From NCBI GenBank assembly GCA_000992085.1, contig LBTN01000003.1, forward strand, positions 1 through 46,804: a stretch of DNA of 46,804 nucleotides, written 5' to 3'. Source of the stretch: Candidatus Magasanikbacteria bacterium GW2011_GWA2_37_8. GTDB taxonomy: Bacteria; Patescibacteriota; Patescibacteriia; Magasanikbacterales; GWA2-37-8. This document shows positions 35,388-42,776 of the stretch, one piece after another. The stretch's first letter is position 1. Each line of letters starts with the position of its first letter. Position numbers and translations under genes: made by a program. The notes below the pieces were generated by a model. That model ran no database searches and was not told where the DNA came from. It was given only the letters and a program-made list of their open reading frames with translations.

Positions 35388-37232
35388 TTATACAGTTGGT
35401 CTCGCGCCCAAAATTGCTTCAATTTCTTCTTGCTCAATAGTTTCTTTTTCCATTAAGGCCACCACAATTTTTTCTAGAGCTTCACGATTAGCAGAAACAG
35501 TTTCTCTAGCACGTTTTTCGGCTTCGGCTAATATCTCTCCTACTTCTTTATCGATTAATTCGGCTGTCTTGTCGCTATAATCTTGTTGTTCGTGAATTTC
35601 TTTGCCCAAGAAAATCATTTCTTCTCGTTCGCCATAGGTACGGGCACCTAGCTTATCGCTCATACCATAGCGCATCACCATATCGCGAGCTACTCGGGTA
35701 GCGTTACGCAAATCTGAAGACGGACCCGTAGAAATCATCTCATCACCAAAAATCATTTTTTCTACAATATACCCACCCATCATCATAGCTAATTCGTCTT
35801 TAAATTGAGCCAGGGTATGATAATGTTTGTCTTCGGTTGGCATTTTAAGAGTATAACCACCAGCATTACCACGAGAAATAATAGATACTTTACGAATTGG
35901 ATCGCCATGTACCATAAAGTGTCCAACTACCGCATGACCGGCTTCGTGGTAAGCGGTCATCTTTTTTTCTTGTTCAGAAATAATTCTGCTTTTGCGCTCT
36001 GGGCCAAGTAATACTTTTTCTACACTTTCCAAAATTTCATCTTCGCTAACAATGTTTTTATTTCGACGTACTGCTAAAATAGCTGCTTCATTTAACAAGT
36101 TGGCTAAATCTGCACCAGTAAATCCAGGGGTACGTTCGGCTAATTTTCGCAGAGATACTTCTTCGCCAATTGGTTTGCCAATGGCATGGATTTTTAAAAT
36201 TTCTTCTCGATCTTGAATATCGGGCATATCAATTACAACGCGACGATCAAACCGACCAGGGCGAAGCAAAGCTGGATCAAGCACATCTGGTCGATTAGTA
36301 GCAGCCATTACAATTACCCCAAGGTTTGGCTCAAAACCATCCATCTCTACCAAGATTTGATTTAATGTTTGTTCACGTTCATCATGCCCACCACCCAAAC
36401 CGGTGCCACGACGGCGACCGACTGCATCAATTTCATCAATAAAAATAATGGCTGGAGCCGCTTTTTTAGCTTTGCCAAACAAATCACGCACTCGCGAAGC
36501 ACCTACACCTACAAACATTTCCACAAATTCCGAACCACTCATATGGAAAAACGGCACATTGGCTTCACCAGCAACTGCTTTGGCTAATAATGTTTTACCA
36601 GTACCTGGCGCACCCATAAGTAAAACACCCTTAGGAATTTTGGCACCCATATCGGCGAACTTTTTTGGATCACGCAAAAAACCCACAACTTCTTCTAATT
36701 CATTTTTGGCTTCGCGTGCGCCAGCCACATCGGCAAAAGTTTTCTTTTCTTTGTTTTCTTCTGGTTTAACTTCACGCGGATTGCTTTGACCAAAACCCAT
36801 TGCCCGATTATTCGAACCTTGCACGCTTCGAGTCATAAAGTACAAGAAAACCATGATGATAATAAGGGGTAATAAAGCTGGCACCAAATTTGATACCCAA
36901 AATTTCCAAGAACTTTCATCTTTAATTTCGATTGCTAAATTTTTACGAGCTTCATCGGTGGCACCATAATTTTTTAACAATTCACCAAAAGATTCAGTTG
37001 GTTCTTTCTTAACTTCCTGAGCCTTGGCAGCCGGATCTTTTAAGGTTACTTGGACTATATCTCCTGCTACTACTACTTTTTGAACTGCACCAGCATTAAT
37101 TTCGGTAACTAGTTTGCTAATATCTATTACTTCTGGTTTTTTGGTATCGCCTACTTTAAGCATACCCAAAACCCCAGCCACCAGTAAAAGCACTAAAAAG
37201 ACATAAAGAAAATTTTTGAATAATTGGCGCAT
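35388..37232 (-). CDS. ftsH: ATP-dependent zinc metalloprotease FtsH.
   Basis: It has the AAA+ Walker [14 protein letters not shown], Walker [10 protein letters not shown], the SRH, and the zinc motif HEAGHA. Confidence 0.95.
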   Translation of the reverse strand: MRQLFKNFLYVFLVLLLVAGVLGMLKVGDTKKPEVIDISKLVTEINAGAVQKVVVAGDIVQVTLKDPAAKAQEVKKEPTESFGELLKNYGATDEARKNLAIEIKDESSWKFWVSNLVPALLPLIIIMVFLYFMTRSVQGSNNRAMGFGQSNPREVKPEENKEKKTFADVAGAREAKNELEEVVGFLRDPKKFADMGAKIPKGVLLMGAPGTGKTLLAKAVAGEANVPFFHMSGSEFVEMFVGVGASRVRDLFGKAKKAAPAIIFIDEIDAVGRRRGTGLGGGHDEREQTLNQILVEMDGFEPNLGVIVMAATNRPDVLDPALLRPGRFDRRVVIDMPDIQDREEILKIHAIGKPIGEEVSLRKLAERTPGFTGADLANLLNEAAILAVRRNKNIVSEDEILESVEKVLLGPERKSRIISEQEKKMTAYHEAGHAVVGHFMVHGDPIRKVSIISRGNAGGYTLKMPTEDKHYHTLAQFKDELAMMMGGYIVEKMIFGDEMISTGPSSDLRNATRVARDMVMRYGMSDKLGARTYGEREEMIFLGKEIHEQQDYSDKTAELIDKEVGEILAEAEKRARETVSANREALEKIVVALMEKETIEQEEIEAILGARPTV

Positions 37233-37344
37233 ATGGTTTTTTAAGGAATAAAGAATAAGAAGTAAGGAATGAACCTAACCTGCCGGCAGGCAGTGAATAA
37301 GTGATATATTACCCCGAAATAGAGAAAAAATCAAGGGTTGGGTG

Positions 37345-37382
37345 ACAAACAAAAAGGACACAGACTAAACTGTATCCTTTTT
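37345..37382 (-). terminator. Intrinsic terminator of rpsA.
   Basis: The - strand reads AAAGGATACAG-TTTAGT-CTGTGTCCTTT followed by TTGTTTG. Confidence 0.6.
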
Positions 37383-37405
37383 AGATATATACTTAACCAG
37401 CTAAA

Positions 37406-38608
37406 TTATTCGGCAGCTTTTTCTTCGTTTGCTTCTGGTTGGGCTTCTTCGGTTTTCGGTTCTGCCTCTGGTTTGGTTTCTTCGTCGGTTTTAGTGGCTT
37501 TTTTAGCGCTTTTACCCTTAACACCAGCCACTCGTAAACCCAAACGATGCTCCATTGGCTCAACCGATACTACTGCAAAAGTAGCTTCTTGGCCAACTTT
37601 AAATTTATCGTGGATGTTGCCTATTGGCGCATCGGATAATTCGGACACATGGGCCAAACCATGGATTTCTTTGTCTAAAGCAACCATCAAACCAAATGGT
37701 TCAACTTTGATAATTTTACCAGTTACTTCATCACCGATTTTATATTTTTCGGCCACTTTTTTCCAAGGATCATCTACCAAACGTTTGATAGATAAATAAA
37801 TCTTAGAATGATCGAGTTGAATAATTTGAGCTTTTACTTGATCGCCAACTTTTAAAATATCTTTTGGATGATCAATTCTCTGCCAAGCAATTTCGGAAAT
37901 ATGTACCAAACCTTCCAAACCTTCACCGAATTTGATAAAGGCACCAAAGGAAGTAAGGGCACTAACTTCGCCACTAACTGTATCCCCTGGTTTGTAGGTA
38001 TCGAGTACTGCTTTTTGAGAATCTTCCCAAACAGCTCGTTCGGAAACGATTAATTTTTCTTCTTTTTCATCAACATCAATTACCTTAACTTCTAAATCAT
38101 GGTTAACCATTTCGTTAAGCTTGTCTAAAATACGATTTTTATCTCCACCAGCTACTCGTGGATAATGATCTGGATTTAATTGAGATACTGGCATAAAACC
38201 AGCTAAAGCTTCTACCTTCATCATTAAACCACCTTTGTTGGCAGCAGTAACTTTGGCTTTGATGGTTAAACCATCTTTCATGATTTTCTTCATTTTATCC
38301 CAAGCACGTTGGAAGCCAGCAATACGGAAAGAAAGTTCCATTTCGCCGTTTTCATTTTCTAAATCAATTACAGTGGCTTCAACTGGGTCGCCAGCTTTAA
38401 GCGCATTGTATTCGCGTGATTCGGTGAATAATTCATGCCCACGGATAATACCAGTGGTTAAGCCTTCGATATCGACACGCACTTCGCCTTTGTCGACAGA
38501 AATAACTTTGCCTTTAACAACATCCCCAACTTTTGGTACGTTGACGGCATAGGTTTGAAACAAAGTTTTAAAATCCTGTTTCACGGATTTTTTGACTTCT
38601 TCGGTCAT
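37406..38608 (-). CDS. rpsA: 30S ribosomal protein S1 (four S1 domains plus a Lys/Glu-rich tail).
   Basis: 400 aa with repeated S1 OB-fold blocks (GDVVKGKVISVDKGEVRVDI, GDTVSGEVSALTSFGAFIKF, GDEVTGKIIKVEPFGLMVAL). Confidence 0.85.
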   Translation of the reverse strand: MTEEVKKSVKQDFKTLFQTYAVNVPKVGDVVKGKVISVDKGEVRVDIEGLTTGIIRGHELFTESREYNALKAGDPVEATVIDLENENGEMELSFRIAGFQRAWDKMKKIMKDGLTIKAKVTAANKGGLMMKVEALAGFMPVSQLNPDHYPRVAGGDKNRILDKLNEMVNHDLEVKVIDVDEKEEKLIVSERAVWEDSQKAVLDTYKPGDTVSGEVSALTSFGAFIKFGEGLEGLVHISEIAWQRIDHPKDILKVGDQVKAQIIQLDHSKIYLSIKRLVDDPWKKVAEKYKIGDEVTGKIIKVEPFGLMVALDKEIHGLAHVSELSDAPIGNIHDKFKVGQEATFAVVSVEPMEHRLGLRVAGVKGKSAKKATKTDEETKPEAEPKTEEAQPEANEEKAAE

Positions 38609-38703
38609 AGAAACAAAAAAAATGCCTTATCCCATCTGTTTATACAGAATTGAGTGCTAACCTCTAAACTGGGCCAGCTTTTAAAGCTAAATTTTATAGG
38701 GAT

Positions 38704-38732
38704 ATTATAGCGTAAAATGGGGTTGGTGTCAA
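38704..38732 (-). promoter_or_regulatory. Consensus sigma70 promoter of rpsA.
   Basis: On the - strand: TTGACA (38727-38732), exactly 17 nt, TATAAT (38704-38709). Confidence 0.7.
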
Positions 38733-38764
38733 GGGTGGGGGGGGGTGTGGGGGGGGTGACCCCC
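38733..38764. repeat. G-homopolymer cluster (GGG-T-G9-TGT-G8-TGA-C5).
   Basis: G9 lies at 38737-38745 and G8 at 38749-38756, followed by C5 at 38760-38764. The cluster sits between the RT stop codon and the rpsA -35 box. It is exceptional for this AT-rich window. Confidence 0.9.
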
Positions 38765-38804
38765 AATTAGCAAGTAGCAATTGTGAACGGTTATTTGTTA
38801 ATTG

Positions 38805-39983
38805 TTAATTACTCCATAACCAATATTCTCCTAACAATTCCTTTTTTGTGCTCTGCCCATAACCGTGCTGTAACAAACCCAAATAAGATTGCAAAGTTTC
38901 AAAAGTTGGGTTTTGTTTTATTCTTCGTAACATTCTTTTTTTCGTAACCTTTCTTAAAATATGATAATTTGAAAAATATACCCAACCCAAAAAATCAACA
39001 CCAGAAAATATAGTTCGTAAAAATATTTTATTAGGATGCAAAGTTAATTTTAATTTCTCATTTAAAAAATTATCTGCTTTGGGTATTAAATTTTCTAAAT
39101 ATTTTTTATCAGTAGATAAAAATACAAAATCATCGGCATAGCGGATATAATGTTTAACTTTTAATTTGTGCTTAACAAATTGGTCAAATACATTCATATA
39201 AACATTGCTAAATAGTTGTGAAGTAAGGTTACCGAGAGGCAAACCGATTTTACATTTGTCATCCCCGCCCCCACCTTCGTGAGGGTAAACTCCGGCAGAA
39301 TCCAGTGCTTGATTCCCGTTTTCACGGGAATAACAGTTCGTGTGATAACTCTCAACAATATTCTTTAACAACCACACAATATCCTTATCTGGAATATACC
39401 CGTCTAAAATATCCAACAAAATTTGATGATCAATACTGGCAAAAAATTTTCTAATATCACATTTTAAAACCCAACAAGTGCAGTGTTTGTTTTTACTAAC
39501 TTTGTTAAATAGTTCTTTAAATTTATTTAATGCTTTATGTAAACCTTTTTCTTTTCGGCATGAAAAAGAATCAACAATAAAAGTTTTATCAAAAAATGGA
39601 TACAAAATACGATAAACAGCGCGGTGAAGCAAACGATCGCGGACACTGGCTTTGTGAATATGCCGACGTTTGGGATCGTTGATATAAAAACTTTTGTAGC
39701 CACCGTGATCATAAGTTAAATGATCATAAGTTAAATTGACCAAATCATCATGAAGCTCTACAATATTATCCATTAGGTCGCCACTAAACCGCAAAACATC
39801 ACGCCGATTTTTCTTACCCACGATAAATTCATCCCAAGCCAAGGATAAATTTTCTATACTAACAATATCTTTATACCTATGACTCAATTTTTTTCGACTA
39901 CGAATCTTGTAACCCCCCCCCTGCAAAATACTACCGAAATTCCCATTTTGAATATATTCAAAGAGGCTTATTTGTTGTGGCAT
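38805..39983 (-). CDS. DGR reverse transcriptase.
   Basis: 392 aa. RT motifs: DPKRRHIHKASVRDRLLHRAVY (motifs 1-2), CDIRKFFASIDH (motif 3), GLPLGNLTSQLFSNVYMNVFD (the DGR-type [LIV]GxxxSQ motif 4) and IRYADDFVFL (the YADD catalytic box). It lacks a maturase/En domain and sits next to the TR/VR pair. Confidence 0.9.
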   Translation of the reverse strand: MPQQISLFEYIQNGNFGSILQGGGYKIRSRKKLSHRYKDIVSIENLSLAWDEFIVGKKNRRDVLRFSGDLMDNIVELHDDLVNLTYDHLTYDHGGYKSFYINDPKRRHIHKASVRDRLLHRAVYRILYPFFDKTFIVDSFSCRKEKGLHKALNKFKELFNKVSKNKHCTCWVLKCDIRKFFASIDHQILLDILDGYIPDKDIVWLLKNIVESYHTNCYSRENGNQALDSAGVYPHEGGGGDDKCKIGLPLGNLTSQLFSNVYMNVFDQFVKHKLKVKHYIRYADDFVFLSTDKKYLENLIPKADNFLNEKLKLTLHPNKIFLRTIFSGVDFLGWVYFSNYHILRKVTKKRMLRRIKQNPTFETLQSYLGLLQHGYGQSTKKELLGEYWLWSN

Positions 39984-40286
39984 AAATTTTTACCCCATTT
40001 GCCACGCCTGTCACGCTACACTTTGGGAGTTAAGATAGATAATTTATTTTTAGAAATTTTGGAAATTACTTTAATCGCCAAATACACCAAACATAATGAA
40101 AAATTAAGCTTTTTGCAAGAGATAAGTCGCAAGTTGGATAACTTAAAATTTTTTGTAACATTACTTAAAGAAGCACAGGGATTAGACGCTAGTAAATATG
40201 GGCAATTGGCACCAAAATTGGTTAATAGTGGCAAAATGCTAGGCAAGTGGATACAAAACCTTCAACAACAAACTCCTGCCAATTAA
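39879..40286 (+). CDS. avd: Avd-like accessory variability determinant (four-helix-bundle protein), encoded on the strand opposite to RT, TR and the target.
   Basis: 135 aa and helical. The layout parallels Bordetella phage BPP-1 Avd as I recall it (LPRLSRYTLGVKIDNLFLEILEITLIAKY ... KLDNLKFFVTLLKEAQ ... SGKMLGKWIQNL). The ATG at 39879 is the only upstream ATG, which makes the gene overlap the RT 5' end by 105 nt on the opposite strand. Confidence 0.75.
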   Translation: MTQFFSTTNLVTPPLQNTTEIPILNIFKEAYLLWHKFLPHLPRLSRYTLGVKIDNLFLEILEITLIAKYTKHNEKLSFLQEISRKLDNLKFFVTLLKEAQGLDASKYGQLAPKLVNSGKMLGKWIQNLQQQTPAN

Positions 40287-40296
40287 GACAGGAGTT
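40271..40296. other. 8-bp hairpin straddling the avd stop codon, immediately 3' of TR in the - sense.
   Basis: AACTCCTG (40271-40278) pairs with CAGGAGTT (40289-40296) around a 10-nt loop that contains the avd TAA. On the - strand it is followed by TGTTGTTGAAGGTTTTG. Confidence 0.6.
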
Positions 40297-40305
40297 AAGA
40301 AGAAA

Positions 40306-40431
40306 CTGGCTGCACGCGAACCGACCGTTGTCGTTCCAGTCGTTGCCGACCCAGTTGAAGTTGACGACCAACCGACCACCGTTACGGTAGAGGTACGGCA
40401 CGTAGAGGTTGCCGTTCGGGTTACGCAAAAT
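40306..40431 (-). repeat. DGR template repeat (TR).
   Basis: It aligns without gaps to 40775-40900, at a constant offset of 469. All 16 mismatches have T on the + strand here (A on the - sense strand). It carries nine AAC codons in the frame of the target gene. Confidence 0.9.
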
Positions 40432-40663
40432 ATGCAAAATACCTTCTGTAACACCACCCTTTGAATACTCTTGGGGTTGAATTGTATTTGGAGACTTAAT
40501 CTCCCTAGTATCCCGCACCGAGTGTCTTCATTAAAACATTTTATTCTTGCTCTGCAGCAAACCTTGGCCAACCGCATTCTGAAAAATAAAATGGCGAGAT
40601 TCTACACGCACAAGCCAATAGCCGGTGCAGTGTCTGTAAAATCTGAATTTAGTTTATCAAAAT

Positions 40664-40703
40664 TAAACAAAAAAGCAAAGGGCCGCATCCGAAGATGCGA
40701 CCC
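40664..40703 (-). terminator. Intrinsic terminator of the DGR target gene.
   Basis: The - strand reads GGGTCGCATC-TTCG-GATGCGGCCC (a UUCG tetraloop) followed by TTTGCTTTTTTGTTT. Confidence 0.6.
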
Positions 40704-40759
40704 TGATGAACCCGAGGACCGGACAGACGACACCGCGAAGTGCCAAGTGTCCGAGTGAC

Positions 40760-41365
40760 CTAGGGTCTGGACGACTCGCTGCACGCGAACCGACCGCGGT
40801 CGCGCCAGTCGCAGCCGACCCAGTCGAAGAAGACGACCAACCGACCACCGTCACGGTAGAGGTACGGCACGCAGAGGCGGCCGTCCGGGCTACGCAAAAC
40901 GGTGCCGGGCAGTGGGATGTAGGACACCCCATTGAACTCGGCGGAGAGTTCGTCCTGCTCGTGGACGATGCGCTTGCCGTCGGACAAGCCCAGGTTACCC
41001 TGGAGCTCTACGGCGCGCTTGCGCATCTTGTCGGTGTTGATCCAACCCCCGTCGCCGTTCTTGAGATACGACACGGGGCGTAGATCGGCCGTCTTGAACT
41101 GCGACGGCTCGACATCCTCGCCCTTCACCACCGTCCAGTTGGCGGGAATGAGGTCGGCAGCGAGACGTTGGGAGGGGGACAATGCGTCGGCCGCTTTGTT
41201 ATCGACGATCACCTGGGCAATCCTGTCGGGCAGGTCGGGATCGGTGAGGATACGACGGAAGTCGTCGTCACCACCGCCGAGCTTCAGCACCGCGTCCACG
41301 ATCTTTCCCCAGATCTGGAACACGATCCCGATCGCGGACAGAAACTCGCTCTTTTTTCTGGCCAT
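40760..41365 (-). CDS. DGR target (variable) protein, 201 aa, with the VR at its C-terminus.
   Basis: The ORF has a strong SD (AAGGGAGG, 6 nt before the ATG). The C-terminus ...LRSPDGRLCVPYLYRDGGRLVVFFDWVGCDWRDRGRFACSESSRP corresponds to the TR-encoded LRNPNGNLYVPYLYRNGGRLVVNFNWVGNDWNDNGRFACSQ. It is GC-rich: 39/60 at 40801-40860 and 36/60 at 41041-41100. Confidence 0.85.
   Translation of the reverse strand: MARKKSEFLSAIGIVFQIWGKIVDAVLKLGGGDDDFRRILTDPDLPDRIAQVIVDNKAADALSPSQRLAADLIPANWTVVKGEDVEPSQFKTADLRPVSYLKNGDGGWINTDKMRKRAVELQGNLGLSDGKRIVHEQDELSAEFNGVSYIPLPGTVLRSPDGRLCVPYLYRDGGRLVVFFDWVGCDWRDRGRFACSESSRP
40775..40900 (-). repeat. DGR variable repeat (VR), including a GC-rich IMH-like invariant 3' end.
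   Basis: See the TR entry. The invariant 19-nt GC-rich stretch (+ strand GCTGCACGCGAACCGACCG, 40778-40796, matching 40309-40327) lies at the 3' end in the - sense. TR/VR homology stops right after it. Confidence 0.9.
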
Positions 41366-41511
41366 GACTCGCCTCCCTTGGTGTATGGCATACCTTCCGT
41401 CTACGCAACCTGCGCCGACATAAGGTTCGCCAACCTAGCTGGTTTCCCAGCTTTCTTTCTGTATAATTTAGCTTAAATTAGACAAAAAGAAAAGTAGAAA
41501 ACAACGACTTA

Positions 41512-41540
41512 CTATAGCATATTTTTGTACTTTTGTCAAG
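41512..41540 (-). promoter_or_regulatory. Sigma70-type promoter of the DGR target gene.
   Basis: On the - strand: TTGACA (41535-41540), 17 nt, TATAGT (41512-41517). A second TTGACA lies 11 nt further upstream (41546-41551), inside the direct repeat TTTTGTCAAGG x2. Confidence 0.55.
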
Positions 41541-41740
41541 GTTTTGTCAAGGTACCCAAATAAAATATGGGGATAAATACTCGCACAAAAATCATTGCTT
41601 TTATAAACGTAAAATGGTAAAATATACTCGTTAAATTCTGTCATGCTGAATTTATTTCAGCATCTTAAAAAACAGATCCCGAAACAAGTTCAGAATGACA
41701 TTTTTACTTTAAAAACTTTATAACTTTAAAAACTTAAAAT

Positions 41741-42358
41741 ATGCATATTTCATGGCTTGGACAAACTTGTGTTAAATTACAAACAAAAAATCTCGATGAA
41801 GATGTAGTAATTTTAGTCGACCCCTATCGCCCTGCCAAAGGCGAATTTCCTCGTAGTTTTTCTCCACAGATTGCTTTGTTTTCTCATGGTCGCGAAGAAG
41901 CGGTTACTTTATCCCAGGATCCATTTGTTTTGGACACACTGGGCGAATGCGAAGTAAAAAATGTTATGACCTATTCTTACCCGGGTGTAGACGGTAGTTT
42001 GATTTTTAAAATTAATACCGAAGGATTAAACGTGGTAATGCTTGGAAAAATAAATAAAAAAATTGAAAACGGTTTACTTGAACAAATTGGTAGTCCAGAT
42101 ATTTTGATTTTGCCAGTGGGTGGTAATAATATTTATTTGGATCCATCCGATGCGGCTATGATGGTAACCACTATCGAACCGCGCATTGTTATTCCAGTTG
42201 GATACCAATGTGACACCGAACCACAAGTTTTGCCAGTTAGCCAATTTATTAAAGAAATGGGATTAAAACCAACTACTACCGATAAAAAAGTAATTATCAA
42301 GAAAAAAGATTTACCAGTCGAAGAAACCCAATTGATTATTTTAGAAAAAAATTACTAA
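41741..42358 (+). CDS. MBL-fold metallo-hydrolase-like protein (UPF0173-like) with a degenerate metal motif.
   Basis: 205 aa. The N-terminus MHISWLGQTCVKLQT... is typical of the small MBL-fold family. The HxHxDH position reads LFSHGREEA. Confidence 0.6.
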   Translation: MHISWLGQTCVKLQTKNLDEDVVILVDPYRPAKGEFPRSFSPQIALFSHGREEAVTLSQDPFVLDTLGECEVKNVMTYSYPGVDGSLIFKINTEGLNVVMLGKINKKIENGLLEQIGSPDILILPVGGNNIYLDPSDAAMMVTTIEPRIVIPVGYQCDTEPQVLPVSQFIKEMGLKPTTTDKKVIIKKKDLPVEETQLIILEKNY

Positions 42359-42361
42359 ATT

Positions 42362-42763
42362 ATGCCAGCGGTAAAAAAACAAAAACAAACTACCGCCGCG
42401 AATAATACACCAACCGAACCAGTTGATATTCTTTCCCCCTATATTGCTTCGCAAAAAAAACCAACCTATTGGTTGTGGATTGGGGTAATTGGTTTGGCGA
42501 TGATTATTTTTGGATTTTGGATTTGGTCACTTAGTTTAAATTTAGCCTGGTTTAATTGGAAAAAAACTCCAGAAAACAATTTACTAAAACAAACCCGCAC
42601 CGATTGGGACCAATTGTTTACTGCCGCCCAAATCGAAAATCAAAAAATAGAAGCGGAAAAGAAAATAAAAGAAATTATTAGTCAAATTGAAATTGCAAAC
42701 ACAACTACGACTGTTGCTACAACTACTACATCAACTACTATAAATACTACTACAAATAATTAA
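42362..42763 (+). CDS. Hypothetical single-pass membrane protein with a Thr-rich tail.
   Basis: 133-aa ORF. The TM helix is YWLWIGVIGLAMIIFGFWIW. The C-terminus is TTTTVATTTTSTTINTTTNN. Confidence 0.45.
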   Translation: MPAVKKQKQTTAANNTPTEPVDILSPYIASQKKPTYWLWIGVIGLAMIIFGFWIWSLSLNLAWFNWKKTPENNLLKQTRTDWDQLFTAAQIENQKIEAEKKIKEIISQIEIANTTTTVATTTTSTTINTTTNN

Positions 42764-42776
42764 TGATAATTTATTT

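Noticed and set aside
37338-37799. The 153-aa + strand ORF, and similar antisense ORFs inside uvrA, the ATPase, ftsH, thrS, gyrA and other genes.
   Set aside because: They lie entirely inside well-supported genes on the opposite strand, have low-complexity composition and show no start signals. I treat them as spurious.
39236-39355. A locally GC-richer segment with the hairpin TTCCCG-TTTTCA-CGGGAA inside the RT gene, which might be an embedded RNA element or an insertion.
   Set aside because: It stays in frame and encodes the loop between RT motifs 3 and 4 (…SRENGNQALDSAGVYPHEGGGGDDKCKIGLPLGN…). That loop is variable in length among RTs. I cannot support an independent element without comparative data.
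38805-39983. The RT might belong to a group II intron or a retron.
   Set aside because: There is no maturase (X) or endonuclease domain. I could find no domain V/VI-like intron RNA structure and no msr/msd-like inverted repeats flanking it. Motif 4 is the DGR-type LGNLTSQ, and a TR/VR pair with adenine-only mismatches lies next to it.
40306-40431. Additional VRs, meaning remote DGR targets elsewhere in the window.
   Set aside because: TR is conspicuously GC-rich. Scanning the window by eye, I saw no other stretch resembling it apart from 40775-40900. A proper alignment search of the whole genome is still needed.
40222-41476. Many long overlapping ORFs on both strands: 40222-40518, 40239-40577, 40471-40758, 40602-40784, 40663-40932, 40706-41083, 40932-41423 and 41168-41476.
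   Set aside because: They are artefacts of the GC-rich island, where stop codons are scarce. Only the - strand frame 40760-41365 has an SD, a promoter and a terminator, and only that frame places the TR adenines in AAC codons. ORF 40222-40518 is simply the TR read in the VR frame.
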